Assembly (NCBI GenBank): GCA_963514005.1
Contig: OY740793.1
Span: 44,578,001 to 44,642,000, forward strand
Source: Raja brachyura
Lineage: Eukaryota
Length of the DNA stretch: 64,000 bases
Reading direction: 5' to 3'
Shown: positions 12,171 to 24,325 of the stretch, piece by piece
Position numbering within the stretch: the first letter of the stretch is position 1
Layout of the letters: each line of letters starts with the position of its first letter
The notes under the pieces: model-generated
Databases searched by the model: none
Told to the model about the DNA's origin: nothing
Seen by the model: the letters and a program-made list of their open reading frames with translations, nothing else
Made by a program: the position numbers and the translations under genes

Positions 12171-12933
12171 CAGGGATCGGCAACCTTGTTCTGCATTGGG
12201 GCCAGGACCCATGTCTGTGAGCGAATGACGGGCCACATCTATCGCCATCACTAATAAATAGAGGTAATAATAGTCCTAGTTTTGTTTTGAAGGTGCTGTG
12301 CTTAGAGGATGGAGAGGGAGAGGGAGCCCGGTCAACACCAGCCTCCCCTTGCCTCCCCGAGTCTTGGGTGCCCCCAGTGAGGGAGGGTGAGGCATGGGAG
12401 GCTGGGGCCAGGAGGGCGGCTGCCTGCTCGGAGTGTTGGGACTACCACCTGCCACTGCTCGCTATCAAGCCGCCCGACTTCTCGGCGGACATGAGTGACC
12501 GGTCTGCGGGGCTCGCTGGGACGGCAACTGGGCTACGAGGTAGAGGCCCAAACCCCCGCCTCCCCTCCCCATCCACCACATCCCTCCTCCACCCCTTCGC
12601 CTCCCCGCCCGCCACCCAGAAACCCCCGGCGAGGCCAGTCGCAACTGCAAGGCAGAGGCCGAGCTGTCTGATGGGGACAACAAGAGTCTTGAACAGCATG
12701 CTCAACTACAACGCAACCATCAACTGCAACACGAACTCTTCGTCCCTGGACAGCCTGCCCAAGGCACCCTCCTGCCCCCAGACCTACCTGCGGGAAACAC
12801 GTCACAGCTGGGACTCCCCCACCCTCAACAACAACGGCTTCCAGCGGCGGCAGTGCCACATCGGACTAACAAAAACGCTGCCGGCCGGATGATTTCGGGT
12901 TACGGCCCATGGGCGGTAGGTTGCCGACCCCTG
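12171..12933. mobile_element. Non-autonomous hAT (Charlie-like) element carrying a host gene fragment
   Basis: TIRs CAGGGATCGGCAACCT and AGGTTGCCGACCCCTG. 8-bp TSD CTATAAGG (12163-12170) / CTGTAAGG (12934-12941). GGGCC-rich subterminal motifs. Confidence 0.88.
12290..12870 (+). pseudogene. IQSEC2: Captured fragment of an IQSEC (BRAG) ArfGEF exon, most like IQSEC2
   Basis: Translates as HLPLLAIKPP-DFSADMSDRS ... ELSDGDNKSL / NSMLNYNATINCNTNSSSLDSL ... [32 protein letters not shown]. This matches recalled IQSEC2 [21 protein letters not shown] ... [27 protein letters not shown] ... [32 protein letters not shown]. Frameshifted, with strong C-ending codon bias. Confidence 0.8.
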
Positions 12934-13149
12934 CTGTAAGGCATCTTGCACTGAGATAAAATGGCTAATCCTAATACTAACCCTGACCATGACCCTAACC
13001 CTAAATTTTATTTATCATTTTTATTTCACGGTTCACAACATCATATCTTTACATTGATAAATCAGTTGTAAAAAACAAAATTATGAGCAAGTGGTTAGCA
13101 TTACCTTTCTTTCTTCGAAACCTTGCTATAGGGCGATTTATTGTTGTTA

Positions 13150-13722
13150 AACCTGGTAGACTGGTGCTCAAATAACAACTTGTCCCTAAACACCTCTAAG
13201 ACCAAGGAGCTGATTATCAACTTCAGAAGGACAACAATGGGGAATACGCCCCAATCTCTATCAACGGGGACAGTGTGGAGAGAGTGTCCTGCTTTAGGTT
13301 TCTGGGCACACACATTTCAGAGGACCTCACATGGTCCACCAACACAGCTGCGTTGGTCAAGAAGGCACAGTAACGACTGTTCTTCCTGAGAACACTGAAA
13401 AAGACCGGCCTGCCCCAACATCTGCTGACGACCTACCGCTGCACCACAGAGAGCATCCTAACATATGGCATCTCTGTGTGGTATCTGAGCTGCATGGCGG
13501 CAGAGAGGAGAGCTATTCAGCGGGTTGTCCACAGAGTTCAGAAGATAATTGGGACACAGCTCCAGCCATGGAGGGCATCTACTACACACGGTGCCTCAGC
13601 AAGGCAGTCAGCATCCATAAAGACTCCTCACACCCTTGCAATAGTCTGTTCGAACTTCTACCATCCGGCAGACGTTACAAGGCCTTCTAAGCCCGCACCT
13701 CCAGACTTAGGAACAGCTTCAA
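13150..13722 (+). mobile_element. Degenerate Rex1-type LINE 3' fragment
   Basis: [23 protein letters not shown] and [16 protein letters not shown] motifs across frameshifts. Confidence 0.8.
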
Positions 13723-13779
13723 GCCTGTTGAGTGATGGGAAGGGTGCAAGAGGAGCAGGAGGTTCGACCTATTTAAAAA

Positions 13780-13960
13780 AAACACTCACCTGTATCCAAC
13801 TATCACTTGCCAGGCTTTTCCCGCCCCCTCCTCTCTTCCAGCTCCTCCTGCTCCCCCCAACTATCCATGTTCTCCAGAGATGCTGCCTGATCTGCCGAAT
13901 TACTCCAGCATTTTGTGTCCTTTTTTTGTAAACCTGCATCTGCAGTTCCTTGTTTATCTG
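13780..13960 (+). mobile_element. Penelope 3' repeat fragment, hammerhead core missing
   Basis: CTCCAGAGATGCTGCCTG...TTACTCCAGCATTTTGTGTC...CATCTGCAGTTCCT, shared with the other Penelope ends in the window. Confidence 0.65.
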
Positions 13961-14240
13961 ATCCATAAGAGCTGCTGCCTCAAAAGCAGCCAATAGCATC
14001 AAAGACCACACAACGCTGGCCACCCACTCATCTCACTATTCCAGTATCATCAAAGGCAGGAGGTAAAAGAGCCTGAACATCATGACTGCCAGGTTCAAAT
14101 ACAATGTCTTCCCAACGAACATCTTGAATACTGAGCAACACTAACTTCTGCAACTATGATCTTCTGCGGACTGTGTCTTTGGTTTCATTACAGACTTTGT
14201 TTTTTTCACTATTATGGTTAACTTGTATTATCACATTATA

Positions 14241-14975
14241 CAGAGCATTCAGAAAGTATTCAGACCCCTTCACTTTTTCCACATTTTGTTATGTTGCAGC
14301 CTTATTCTAAAATGGATTCAATTCATTTTTTAAATCATAAATCTAGTCACAATACCCCAGAATAAAAACAGATGTTTAGAAATGTTTGCAAAGTAATTGA
14401 AAAGAAATAACTGAAATATCACATTTACATAAGTATTCAGACCTGTTACTCAATGCTTTGTTGAGGCACCTTTGGCAGCGATTATAACCTCAAGTCTTCT
14501 TGGGTATTATGCTACAAGCTTGGCACTCCTGTATTTGGGTAATTTCTCCCATTCTTCTCTGCAGATCCTCTCAAGCTCTGTCAGGTTGGATGGGGAGCAT
14601 CGATGCACAGCTATTTTCAGGTCCCTCCAGAGATGTTCGATCTGGTTCAAATCCAGGCTCTGGCTGGGCCACTCAAGGACATTCACAGACTTGTCATGAA
14701 GCCACTCCTGCGTTGTCTTGGTTGTGTGCTTAGGGTTGTTGTCCTGTGGAAGGTGAAACTCCGCCCCAGTCTGAGGTCCAGAATGCTCTGGAGCAGGTTT
14801 TCATCAAAGATCTCTCTGCACTTTGCTCCATTCATCTTTCCCTCAATCCTGACTTGTTTCCCAGATCCTGCCACTGAAAAATACCCCCACAGCATGATGT
14901 TGCCACCACCATGCTTCACCGTAGGAATGGTATTGGCCAGATGATGAGCGGTGCCTGGTTTCCCCCAGACATTCG
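14241..14975 (-). mobile_element. Truncated Tc1 transposon (3' ITR and transposase C-terminal part)
   Basis: TA followed by the ITR CAGAGCATTCAGAAAGTATTCAGACC. ORF 14683-15006 contains [14 protein letters not shown] and IEGKMNGAK. Confidence 0.88.
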
Positions 14976-15007
14976 TATCCTTCGAGCCAGCACCGCCAAT
15001 GATCACA

Positions 15008-16442
15008 TAAAGGGCACTGAAAGGACAGTAAAACCACTCACAGTTTAGTAGATATGTGTTCAGTATTATTCACAGCTCAGACTGAGACGTGACCCTCTCG
15101 CTCCCCCATCTTGCAGAGACTGACTGAGGCACTCAACACTTCTGGGTTTTATAGTCCCTCCGGAAGGGGCGTGGCCTTCAGGAGAGAGAATCTCAACGTA
15201 TTTTAAACACTAATAACTCTTTTATTTTTAATCGATGGGAAAAATCCTCTTGTCCTGCGCAGCGGAGGGGGACTGTGAGTAAGGTGGCGAAAAATCACAG
15301 CCGTAAGTGGCAGCATTTTAAAAAAAAATCAATATACAGAACAACAAGAAGTGGTCAAGATCAGACTTTTAGTAATATAGATTATTCAGCACGAGGGCGC
15401 TGTTACTTTTTCTAAATAGCTTAATTAATTAGTGTGCAATTTGTTTTTACACTGACGAGTTATGAATTCCTTATCAATTTGTTTTTACACTGACTAGTTA
15501 TGAATTCCTTATATAGAAACATAGAAAATAGGTGCAGGAGGCCATTCGGCCCTTCTAGCCAGCACCGCCATTCATTGTGATCATGGCTGATCGTCCCCTA
15601 TCAATAACTCGTGCCTGCCTTCTCCCCATATCCCTTGACTCCACTAGCCCCTAGAGCTCTATCTCGTGAATCTACGCTGCACTGCCTCAATCACAAGGAT
15701 GTCCTTCCTCAAATTAGGAGACCAAAACTATACTCCAGATGTGGTCTCACCAGAGCCCTATACAACTGCAAAAGAACCTCTTTACTCCTATACTGAAATC
15801 CTCTTGTTATGAAGGCCAACATTCCATTTGCTTTCTTCACTGTCTGCTGTACCTGTAAGCCAACTTTGAGTGACCGGTGTACAAGGACGCCCAGGTCTCG
15901 CTGCACCTCCCCCTTACCTAACCAAACCCTGTTGAGATAATAATCTGCCCCCTTGTTTTTGCCACCAAAGTGGATAACCTCCCATTTACCTATATTATGC
16001 TGCATCTGCCATGCATCTGCCCACTCACTCAACCTGTCCAGGTCACCCTGCAACCTCCTAACATCCTCTTCACAGTTCACACTGCCACCCAGCTTTGTGT
16101 CATCCGCAAATTTGCTAGTGTTGCTCCTAATTCCCTCTTCCAAATCATTAATATATATGGTAAACAGTTGCGGCCCCAACACTGAGCCTTGCAGCACTCC
16201 ACTCGCCACTGCCTGCCATTCTGAAAAGGACCCGTTCACTCCTACTCTTTGCTTCCAGTCTTCCAACCAATTTTCTATCCATGCCAACACCCTACCCCCA
16301 ATACCATGTGCTTTAATTTTAGTCACCAGTCTCCCGTGCGGGACGTTATCAAAGACTTTATGAAAGTCTCGATTCACTACATCCACTGGTACCGCTTCAT
16401 CCATTTTACTTGTCACATCCTCAAAAAATTCCAGAAGATTAG
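15008..16442 (-). repeat. Inverted duplicate of the CR1 + spacer + Helitron 5' segment (6246-6634 and 9486-10843), lacking the Rex1 insertion
   Basis: The reverse complement matches across the CR1 tail/spacer/Helitron junctions. ORF 15709-16530 has an uninterrupted CEEDVRRLQGDLD. Confidence 0.85.
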
Positions 16443-16907
16443 ACAATTCCAGAAAATTCGACAGTGTCATTTTTGACACTGGACTCATATAATCGTTGAT
16501 GGAGCTCGCTAAGGTTGGAATAGCATACAAACAGGCCCTTGAGGATTGCTTTCATTTCTGTCCCCACCACCTCCCCAGGCAGCGTGTTCCAGGCATTCAC
16601 CACCCTTAAAAATCACCTTTAAACTTTCCCCCTCTCACCTCAAAGTCCGGTAGAGTTGTGTCTATTGTCATTTTCACAAGTATGGCGAGGCCCAATGAAA
16701 ATTTTCCTAGCGGCATCATCACATGAACATACATTCAGACAACACACAAAAACATGAACACTCTTCAAGACAGCAAAACATCAAATAAAGACATTTATGC
16801 AAAACACAATGAGATGAGAAAAACGATGCCGGCTAGTATTTGAGTATTTGACATTTCCAGCAAGAGAAAAATGGTTCTGTTGCATACCCTATCTCAGTCT
16901 CTCTACA

Positions 16908-17960
16908 TCTCTGCAACTGGATTCTCGACTTCCTGATCAACATGTCCAAATCCGTGAGGATAGGGGATAAACCATCTTCCAAGGTAATTTTCCACACTGG
17001 TGCTCCACAAGGATGTGTTCTCAGCCCTTCTTTACACCTTGTGCAGCCATGTACAAATCCAATTCAATTTACACATTTACAGGCAAAACCGCCATGGATC
17101 TTAAATAATGATGAGACGGAGTACAGAAGCAGATTGAGAACCTTGTGTCCTGGTGTGGAAACAACCTTCATCTCAATGTCAGCAAGGCACACGAGATAAT
17201 GATTAACTTCAGGAAGTAAAATGATACATATACCCTAGTTTGGATTAATGGTGCCGAAGTAGTGATGCTTGAACTCTTTACATTCCTAAAAGTAAATATC
17301 ACCAACAACTTCTTCTGGACCACCCATATTGAAGCAAAGGCCAGGAAAGCGCCAATGCCCATACTTCCTTAGAAGGCTTAGGAATTCAGCATGTTCCCAA
17401 AATCTCTCACCAACTTCCACAGATGTGCCGTAGAAAGCATTTTATAGGGATGCATCACAGCTCAATTTGGGAACAGCTCCATAAAAGACGGCAGGAATTT
17501 GCAGAGAATTGTGAACGCAGCTCAGACCATCACACAAACCAACCTCCCTTCCATTGACTCCGTTTATACCTCACGCTGCCTCGGCAAGGCCAACAGCATA
17601 ATCAAGGACAGGTCGCACCGTGGCCACTCCTGCTTCTCTCTTATCCCATCGGGTAAATGGTATATAAGTGGGAAAACATACACTTCCAGATTCAGGGGCA
17701 GTTTCTTCCCAGCTGTTATCAGGTACCGAACCATCCTACCACTACTAGAGCGCAATCCTGAACTACTATCTGCCTCATTGGAAACAGTCAGACTATCTTT
17801 GATCGGACTTTACTGGCTTTATCTTGCACTAAACGTTATTCCCTTATCATGTATCTGTACTCTGTGATTGCTTGATTGTAATCACGTCATTCTGATGGCT
17901 AGTTAGCACGCAACAAAAGCTTTTGACTGTACCTTGGTACACTTGACTATAAGCTAAACT
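16908..17960 (+). mobile_element. Degenerate Rex1-type LINE 3' half
   Basis: [11 protein letters not shown] and LPSIDSVYTSRCLGKANSIIKD motifs, with many indels. Confidence 0.8.
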
Positions 17961-17964
17961 CATT

Positions 17965-20340
17965 TTGTCAACTACTATCAGGTCTCCTCTCAGCTTCTGA
18001 TGCTCCAGAGAAAACAATCCATTTTGGTCAACCTTTCCTTATAGGTAATACTTTCTAATCCAGGAGCTTTCTGGAAAACCTCTTCTGCACCCTCTCCAAA
18101 GCCTCCGCATCCTTCCTGTAATGAGACCAGTGCACATAATATTCCAAATGCAGCCTAACCAAATTCCTATAAAACTGCAACATGTTTCTCCAACTTTTAT
18201 ACTCCATTCCCTAATCAATGAACCATGCATATCATATGCCTTTCCTTAACCATCCAATCAACATGTGTGGTTACCTTCAGGAAGCTAGGTACCTGGACCC
18301 CAAGATCCCTCTGCACATCATTGCTATTTAAGGTCCTACCATTTATTGTATACTGTTCGCTTACATTTAAACACTCATAGTGAAACACCTCAGACTTGTC
18401 CAGATTAAATTCTGTCATCTCTCTGCCCATATTTCCAGCTGATCTATGTCCTGCTGTACCTTACCACCTTCCGCACTGTCTACAACTCCACCAATTTTCA
18501 TGTTGTCTTCCAACTTTTATGCACGCTTTGATAGGGAGAACACTGATGTGCCTTCCCGAGTCCCCATTCGCTGTGATGGTATTTCAGTCTCAGTCACAGT
18601 GGCCGATGTCAGGAAATCCTTCAGAGGGGTGAACCCTCGAAAAGCGCCTGGACCTGATGGTACACCTGGTCGTGTTCTAAAAACCTGTGCGGACCAATTG
18701 GCTGGAGTTTTTACGGACATTTTCAACCTCTCACTTCTGAGGTCTGAGGTTCCCACCTGCTTCAAAAGGGCATCAATTATACCAGTGCCCTAGACGAACA
18801 AGGTGACGTGCCTCAATTATCAACCTGTGGCACTAACGCCTGTGGTGATGAAGTGCTTCGAGAGGTTGATCATGGCGCAAATCAACTGCTACCTCAACAA
18901 AAACCTGGACCCACTGCAGTTCGCTTACTGCCACAACAGATCAACAGTGGATGCGATCTCACTGGCTCTCCACTCCGCTCTGGACCACTTGGACAACAAA
19001 AACTCATATGTCAGGCTGTTATTCATCGATTACAGCTCGGCATTTAACACAATCATCCCCTCCAAGCTGGTTACCAAACTCGCAGAACTGGGTCTCTGCG
19101 CATCCCTCTGCAATTGGATCCTCGACTTCCTCATTCACAGACCACAGTCTATTCGTATTGGTGGAAATGTGTCACTCTCGATAAAAATCAGCACGGGAGC
19201 ACCTCAAGGCTGCGTGCTCAGCCCCCTGCTGTACTCTCTCTATACTCATGACTGTATAGCCGGTCACAGTGCGAACTCCATCATCAAGTTCGCTGACGAC
19301 ACCACTGTTGTGGGACGGATCACTGATGGGGATGAGTCGGAGTATAGAAGAGAGATCGAGCAACTGTCCGTATGGTGCCAGCACAATAACCTGGCCCTCA
19401 ACACCAGCAAAACCAAGGAACTGTTTGTGGACTTTGGAAGGAGTAGGATGGGGACCCTCAGTCACGTTTATATCAACGGGTCGATGGTTGAAAGGGTCAA
19501 GAGCTTCAAATTCCTGGGCGTGCACATCTCTGAAGATCTTTCCTGGTCCGAGAACACTGATGCAATTATCAAGAAAGCTCATCAGCACCTCCACTTCCTG
19601 AGAAGATTACGGAGAATCGGTTTGTCATGGAGGACTCTCTCTAACGTCTACAGGTGCACAGTAGAGAGCTTGCTGCCTGGTTACATCGTGGCGTGGTTCG
19701 GCAACTTGAGCGCCCTGGAGAGGAAAAGACTACAAAAAGTAGTAAGCACAGCCCAGTCCATCATCGGTTCTGACCTTCCTTCCATCGAGGGGATTTACCG
19801 CAGTTGCTGCCTCAAAAAGGCTGGCAGTATCATCAAAGTCCCACACCATCCTGGCCACACACTCATCTCCCTGCTACCTTCAGGTAGAAGGTACAGGAGC
19901 CTGAAGACTGCAACAACCAGATTCAGGAATAGCTACTTCCCCACAGCCCTCAGGCTATTAAACTGGCTTGGACAAAACATTAATAACCCATAATCTGTTA
20001 TTTGCACTTTATTAGTTTATTTATTCATGTGTGTATATATTTATATAATGGTATATGAACACACTGATCTGTTTTTGTAGTCAATGCCTACTATGTTCTG
20101 TTGTGCTGAAACAAATCAAGAATTTCATTGTCCCATCAGGGACACATGACACATGACAATAAACTCATTTGAACTTGAATTTGAACAACCTGAAATAATC
20201 AGACCTCCACATTTTCATGCAGGTACATTTTTACCTTGATGAAAGTCTTGAGGTAGACGATAGTCCCTGGCCATCATCTATTGGACTTGACTTGCACCAA
20301 GACTTTCTCTCTTTATAGACCACTATCTTTACCTATAAAG
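17965..20340 (-). mobile_element. Old CR1 fragment, split by the Rex1 copy at 18515-20186
   Basis: Degenerate CR1 RT motifs at 17965-18514 (EFNLDKSEVFH, VQRDLGVQV), continuing at ~20187-20340. Confidence 0.65.
18515..20186 (+). mobile_element. 5'-truncated Rex1 copy of the same family as 254-3567
   Basis: Colinear with ~1925-3565. RT ORF 18803-19993 with KFADD. (TTGAAC)n tail. (C)AAC duplicated at 18511-18514 and 20186-20189. Confidence 0.92.
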
Positions 20341-20744
20341 GACAAAGGTTTTCACTGCACCTCGGTACACGTAACGATAAACTCAACTTAAACATCCGTC
20401 CCATCAGAGAAACCAGTTCACATTCCACCCAGATTCTCCCATCACCCACTGTGACTCTGGCCGACAGTTGCATGGTACACGAAGAGGCCATTCTGCCCAT
20501 TGTGGCAATACCAGGGGTTTTGAGCCCAATCCAACTGGGAGCATTGTGGACACCAGCTCATGTAGGAGCTCGTTCATGCATATCTTCTGGCTCCCCCTTG
20601 GGGAAAGAAACAAACACAACACTTCCCAATCCCTTCATCGGTTTGCCCTCATTACTGGCCTCTCCACCTGTGGGAGACAGTCCTTGGCCTGTAGCTGTTT
20701 TCGCAGGTTGGGGTGTTGGTCTGGGACAGGACCAGATATTCCAA

Positions 20745-21000
20745 GGTTTAATGTGAAAGAGGAAAGATTTAATGGGAACCTGAGGTGCAACTTTCACTCA
20801 GAAGGTGGTTGGTACATGGACTAGAGGAGGTAGTTGTGGCAGGTACTACAACATAGTTTAAAATATATTTTTACATGTAAATGGATAGGAAAGGTTTAGA
20901 GGCTATGGGTCACCCACAGGCAGGTGAGAAGTAGATGGAGATATTGGTCGGCATGGACAAGCTGGCCAAAGGGCCTGGTTCCATGCTGTATGACTCTATT
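20745..21000 (+). mobile_element. Old CR1 3' end
   Basis: KEERFNGNLRCNF motif and the 3' UTR GGCCAAAGGGCCTGGTTCCATGCTGTATGACTCTA. Confidence 0.65.
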
Positions 21001-21108
21001 TCCTCGGTGATTGGAGGGTTTTCGTGGGTGGTGTTCATGCCTGAAGATTTTGAAGAAGGGTCCCGACCCAAAATGTCATCTGTTATTCCCTTCACAGATG
21101 CTGCTTTA

Positions 21109-22781
21109 AGGGCCTGTCCCTCTGACGTGACTTAATTCGCGACTTTAGAAGAGTTTGCCCTTGACTCATACACGCAGCATGATCGGCACGAGGTCCTAGG
21201 AGGTCATGCTTGAGAGTAGTCCCCGTGTACTCGAGGCCTCAGTTAGGTTGCGCCGTTTTTTCAGCAAGCTGAAAAATGTCCTTGAGTAAAAAAAGATCGG
21301 AAAATGGAAAATTTCAATATTTTTTCACTCGTAGGCTTAGTCGAGGTAGGTTGCAGTAAGTCGTAATGCTATCATAGGTAATCAAAGGAGTCGAAGGTAA
21401 AGCTCGTTGAGAAAAAAAAGGTAAGGAAACCGGCCAGTAATGTTAAATGCCCGCTAAACTTTATTAAAAGTTGTCTAGCTTCTTAAAAGTGTATCCACTC
21501 CTCCCCCCCCCCCTTCTACCCCCTTCTCTGCCCCTCTCTCCCCTTCTCTCTCCGCGCTCTCTAAAGGACTTACCATAAAGGGGCTGTCCCATTGCCGCGA
21601 CCTAATTGACGAGTTTAGAAGAGTTTGCCCTCGATTCATACTCGCAGCATGGTCGACACGAGGTCCTAGGAGGTCTTTGTAACTCTCCTTCATGCTCGAG
21701 AGTAGTCCCAGCGTATTCGAGACCTCAGCTAGGTCGCGGTGTATTTTTCAACATGCTGAAAAATGCCCGCGAGTAAAAAAACGTCACCAAGGAAAAAAAA
21801 TCGATATTGTTTTTACTCGTAGGTTTAGTCGAAGTAGGTTGTAGTAGATCGGCATGTTATTCGTAGGTAATTGATGGTAGTCAAATGTAATCGAAGGTAG
21901 TCGAAGGTAGTCGTAGATAGTCTTCAACATAGTCGAAGTGAGGTTGAAGGAGATCGAAGGTCGTCTCCACTCTCCACTATTCGATTTTCCCGAAGCTAGT
22001 CGAAGCTAGTCTTCAACATAGTCGAAGGAGGTTGAAGGAGGTCTTATACATTGTCGAAATAGGTCTTCAACATGACACTTTTTCAAACTCTCCTACACTC
22101 GCCAATTAGGTGGCCGCAGTGGGACAGCCCCTTTAAGGAGCTGTCCCACTGCGGCGACTTAATCCGCGAGTTAAGTAGAGTGCCTTCGACCTTCAAGCTC
22201 AAGGGCACTCGCCTGGAAAACCTCGAGCTAGATCAACGATCCGCGTTGAAGTTTCTCCATTCCTTCTTCCCGCCATTCTTTCCTCCTCTCCCCCCCCCCT
22301 CCCGTTGGGGGGGGGGGGGGATGGGGAGGAAAGAATGGGGGGAAGAAGGAATGGAGAAACTTTTAAGAAATATAATCAAGTTTAGCGGGCATTTTACCTA
22401 CCTGGGTCCTGTAAACTCCAATGAGCCAATCAAAATGCCAGGTCAGCGAAGGAGATTGCCTACGGCTGCCCTTGTCTGCCTGTAACTAAATAGCCACGCC
22501 ACTCCACTGCACTACGAGTCAAAAAGAACCATGCCGACCAAATTTTACTCGTGGAAAAAATGTTGAACATGCTGAAAAGGTGTCCGCGACCTAGTTGAGG
22601 TCACAAGTATTCGGGAACTTCTCTCGCACATGAAGGAGAGTTCCAGTGACCTCATCTGAACTCGTTTCGACTATGCTGCGAGTTTGAGTCCGCCTTTGCG
22701 ATGTGTCCGTGTGTGTGCTTGCGTGTGTGTCCATGTGTGTGTGTGCACATGTGTGTGTGTGCGTGTTCGTGTGTGTCCATG

Positions 22782-22818
<37 letters not shown>

Positions 22819-22905
22819 ACGGTTGATCCGGCTCGCGGTTTCATCGCAGACGGTCGATCCAGCTCTTTCAGGCGAGTGCCCTCGAGCTTGAAGGTCGAAG
22901 ATAGT
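21109..22905. mobile_element. Cluster of PIF/Harbinger-type non-autonomous elements upstream of GPR101, including a (GT)n tract at ~22709-22815
   Basis: Repeated TIRs AGGG(G/C)CTGTCCCA...TGGGACAGCCCCT next to TAA/TTA at ~21109, ~21579-22132 (complete) and ~22136. Internal (AGTCGAAGGT)n repeats and the inverted block TTCGACCTTCAAGCTC-AGGGCACTCGCC (22186 vs 22870-22899). Confidence 0.7.
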
Positions 22906-23688
22906 CGCGTGTTTTGCTCCAGATTCCAGCATCTGCAGTTCCTTATGTCGCCTCTTCGGTAGATATCGAGAAGCGACAGGCGGGCAGGGGGGGGAGGGGA
23001 GATGATGGGGGGGGGGGGGGATGGCGCAGATGCCGGAGAGGGGAGAGATGAAATGGGAGCGGGGGGGGGGGGTAGGGCGAGTGACGGGGTGGGATGATAG
23101 GGGGGCAGATGCTGGGCGGGGGAGAGATGACGGAGGGGGAGACGGCGGGGGGTGAGGTGACTATGGAGGGGGGTGGTGACAGGGGGAGGGTGACAGGAGC
23201 CTCAGCCCCTCCCTCCGGGGCTCGGCGAATGCAGGGCGGGTGAGGTGATGCTTCGCGGTGGGAGGACGGGACGGCGCCGTTCGGGGGGGTCGCTGACTCG
23301 GTGAGAGCTCTCGCTTCCCGGGCCGGACCTGGTGCGGCACCGGGCGCCGGGAATGGATGCGGGGTCCGGACCACACACACACTCGGTGTTGCGAGCGGAA
23401 TCGCTGCAGATCCGGGCCGCCTGGGCCGCCCGTAGTGCAGCGGCGCGGGGGAAGAGAGAGAGGGAGAGATGAGGAGCGGGGTGGAGTGGGGAGATGGTTC
23501 GGGTAGAGGGAGCCGAGGCCGTGGGAGTGAGAACCGGGAATCTGAAGGATCCGGCCGCGGGCATGCACCTTGCAGCGACCGCCGCATCTCCCTCAGCCTG
23601 GGCTGCCCTCACCCCCGGGGCCTCCCCCCTCCGCTCTCTCGGTTCTTGACCCCCGCCCGCCCCCCGGGTGGACCCTGGACCGGACCAG

Positions 23689-24325
23689 GTGCGGGGCTCG
23701 GTGCGCGGTCCCGCGGGGCCGGAGCAGGCGAGGGACTGGGTCACGGAGACGGAGCCTGCGGGGCTTCTTCACCTGGGATTGGGGAGGAGCGAGGGTGGGA
23801 GGAATGGAGGGATGGTCGGCGATCAGTAACCGGGGGCGAGGGCGGCGGTGCTGGGAGACAGGCTCGCTGCACACCCGGGAGTGTGAACCGAAGCGAGGGT
23901 GGGGAGGAGAGGGTTGGATGGGAGAGGGTTGGAGGGATTGGAGCTGGAGGAGATGGTGCGGTAGAGGATTGGAGGGAGGGGAGGGGGTGGTTTGGGGGAG
24001 TAGGTGCTAGGGAAAGAGTTGAGGTGGTGGGAGAGAGGGCGCAGAAGTGAGTGGGGACGGGTGGAGGTCCGGGGTAGTTAGAGTGAAATAAAGAAGAACG
24101 GGGGAGAGGCGTGAGGAGCGGGAGCGCTGGAACTGGGGGGGGGGGGGGGGGGAGAGAGAACTTGAACCGGTGTTAGAGCAGAAGGTCGCGGGCGCCGGGT
24201 GAGGGGCGAGGGGCGAGCGGGAGCTACGGGTCCGGGGTGATTGGTCCCCAGGAGGAGACTGTGTAACTGCGGGATCCCGGGGATTGAGGGCCGTACTCTG
24301 CTGACCGCGCTGTGTGTGTTTGCAG
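23689..24325 (+). other. GPR101: Putative intron in the GPR101 5' UTR
   Basis: Candidate donor CAG|GTGCGG at 23689. Branch-like CTGAC at 24301 and acceptor TGTGTGTTTGCAG ending at 24325, 152 nt before the ATG. The donor choice is an inference. Confidence 0.5.

Noticed and set aside
12287-12892. 201-aa ORF as a functional gene
   Set aside because: It starts at TTG, lies inside a hAT element and crosses compensating frameshifts relative to IQSEC2, so it is treated as a captured pseudogenic fragment.
12962-13005. Telomere-like CCCTAA repeats
   Set aside because: Only a few degenerate units, too short to call an interstitial telomere.
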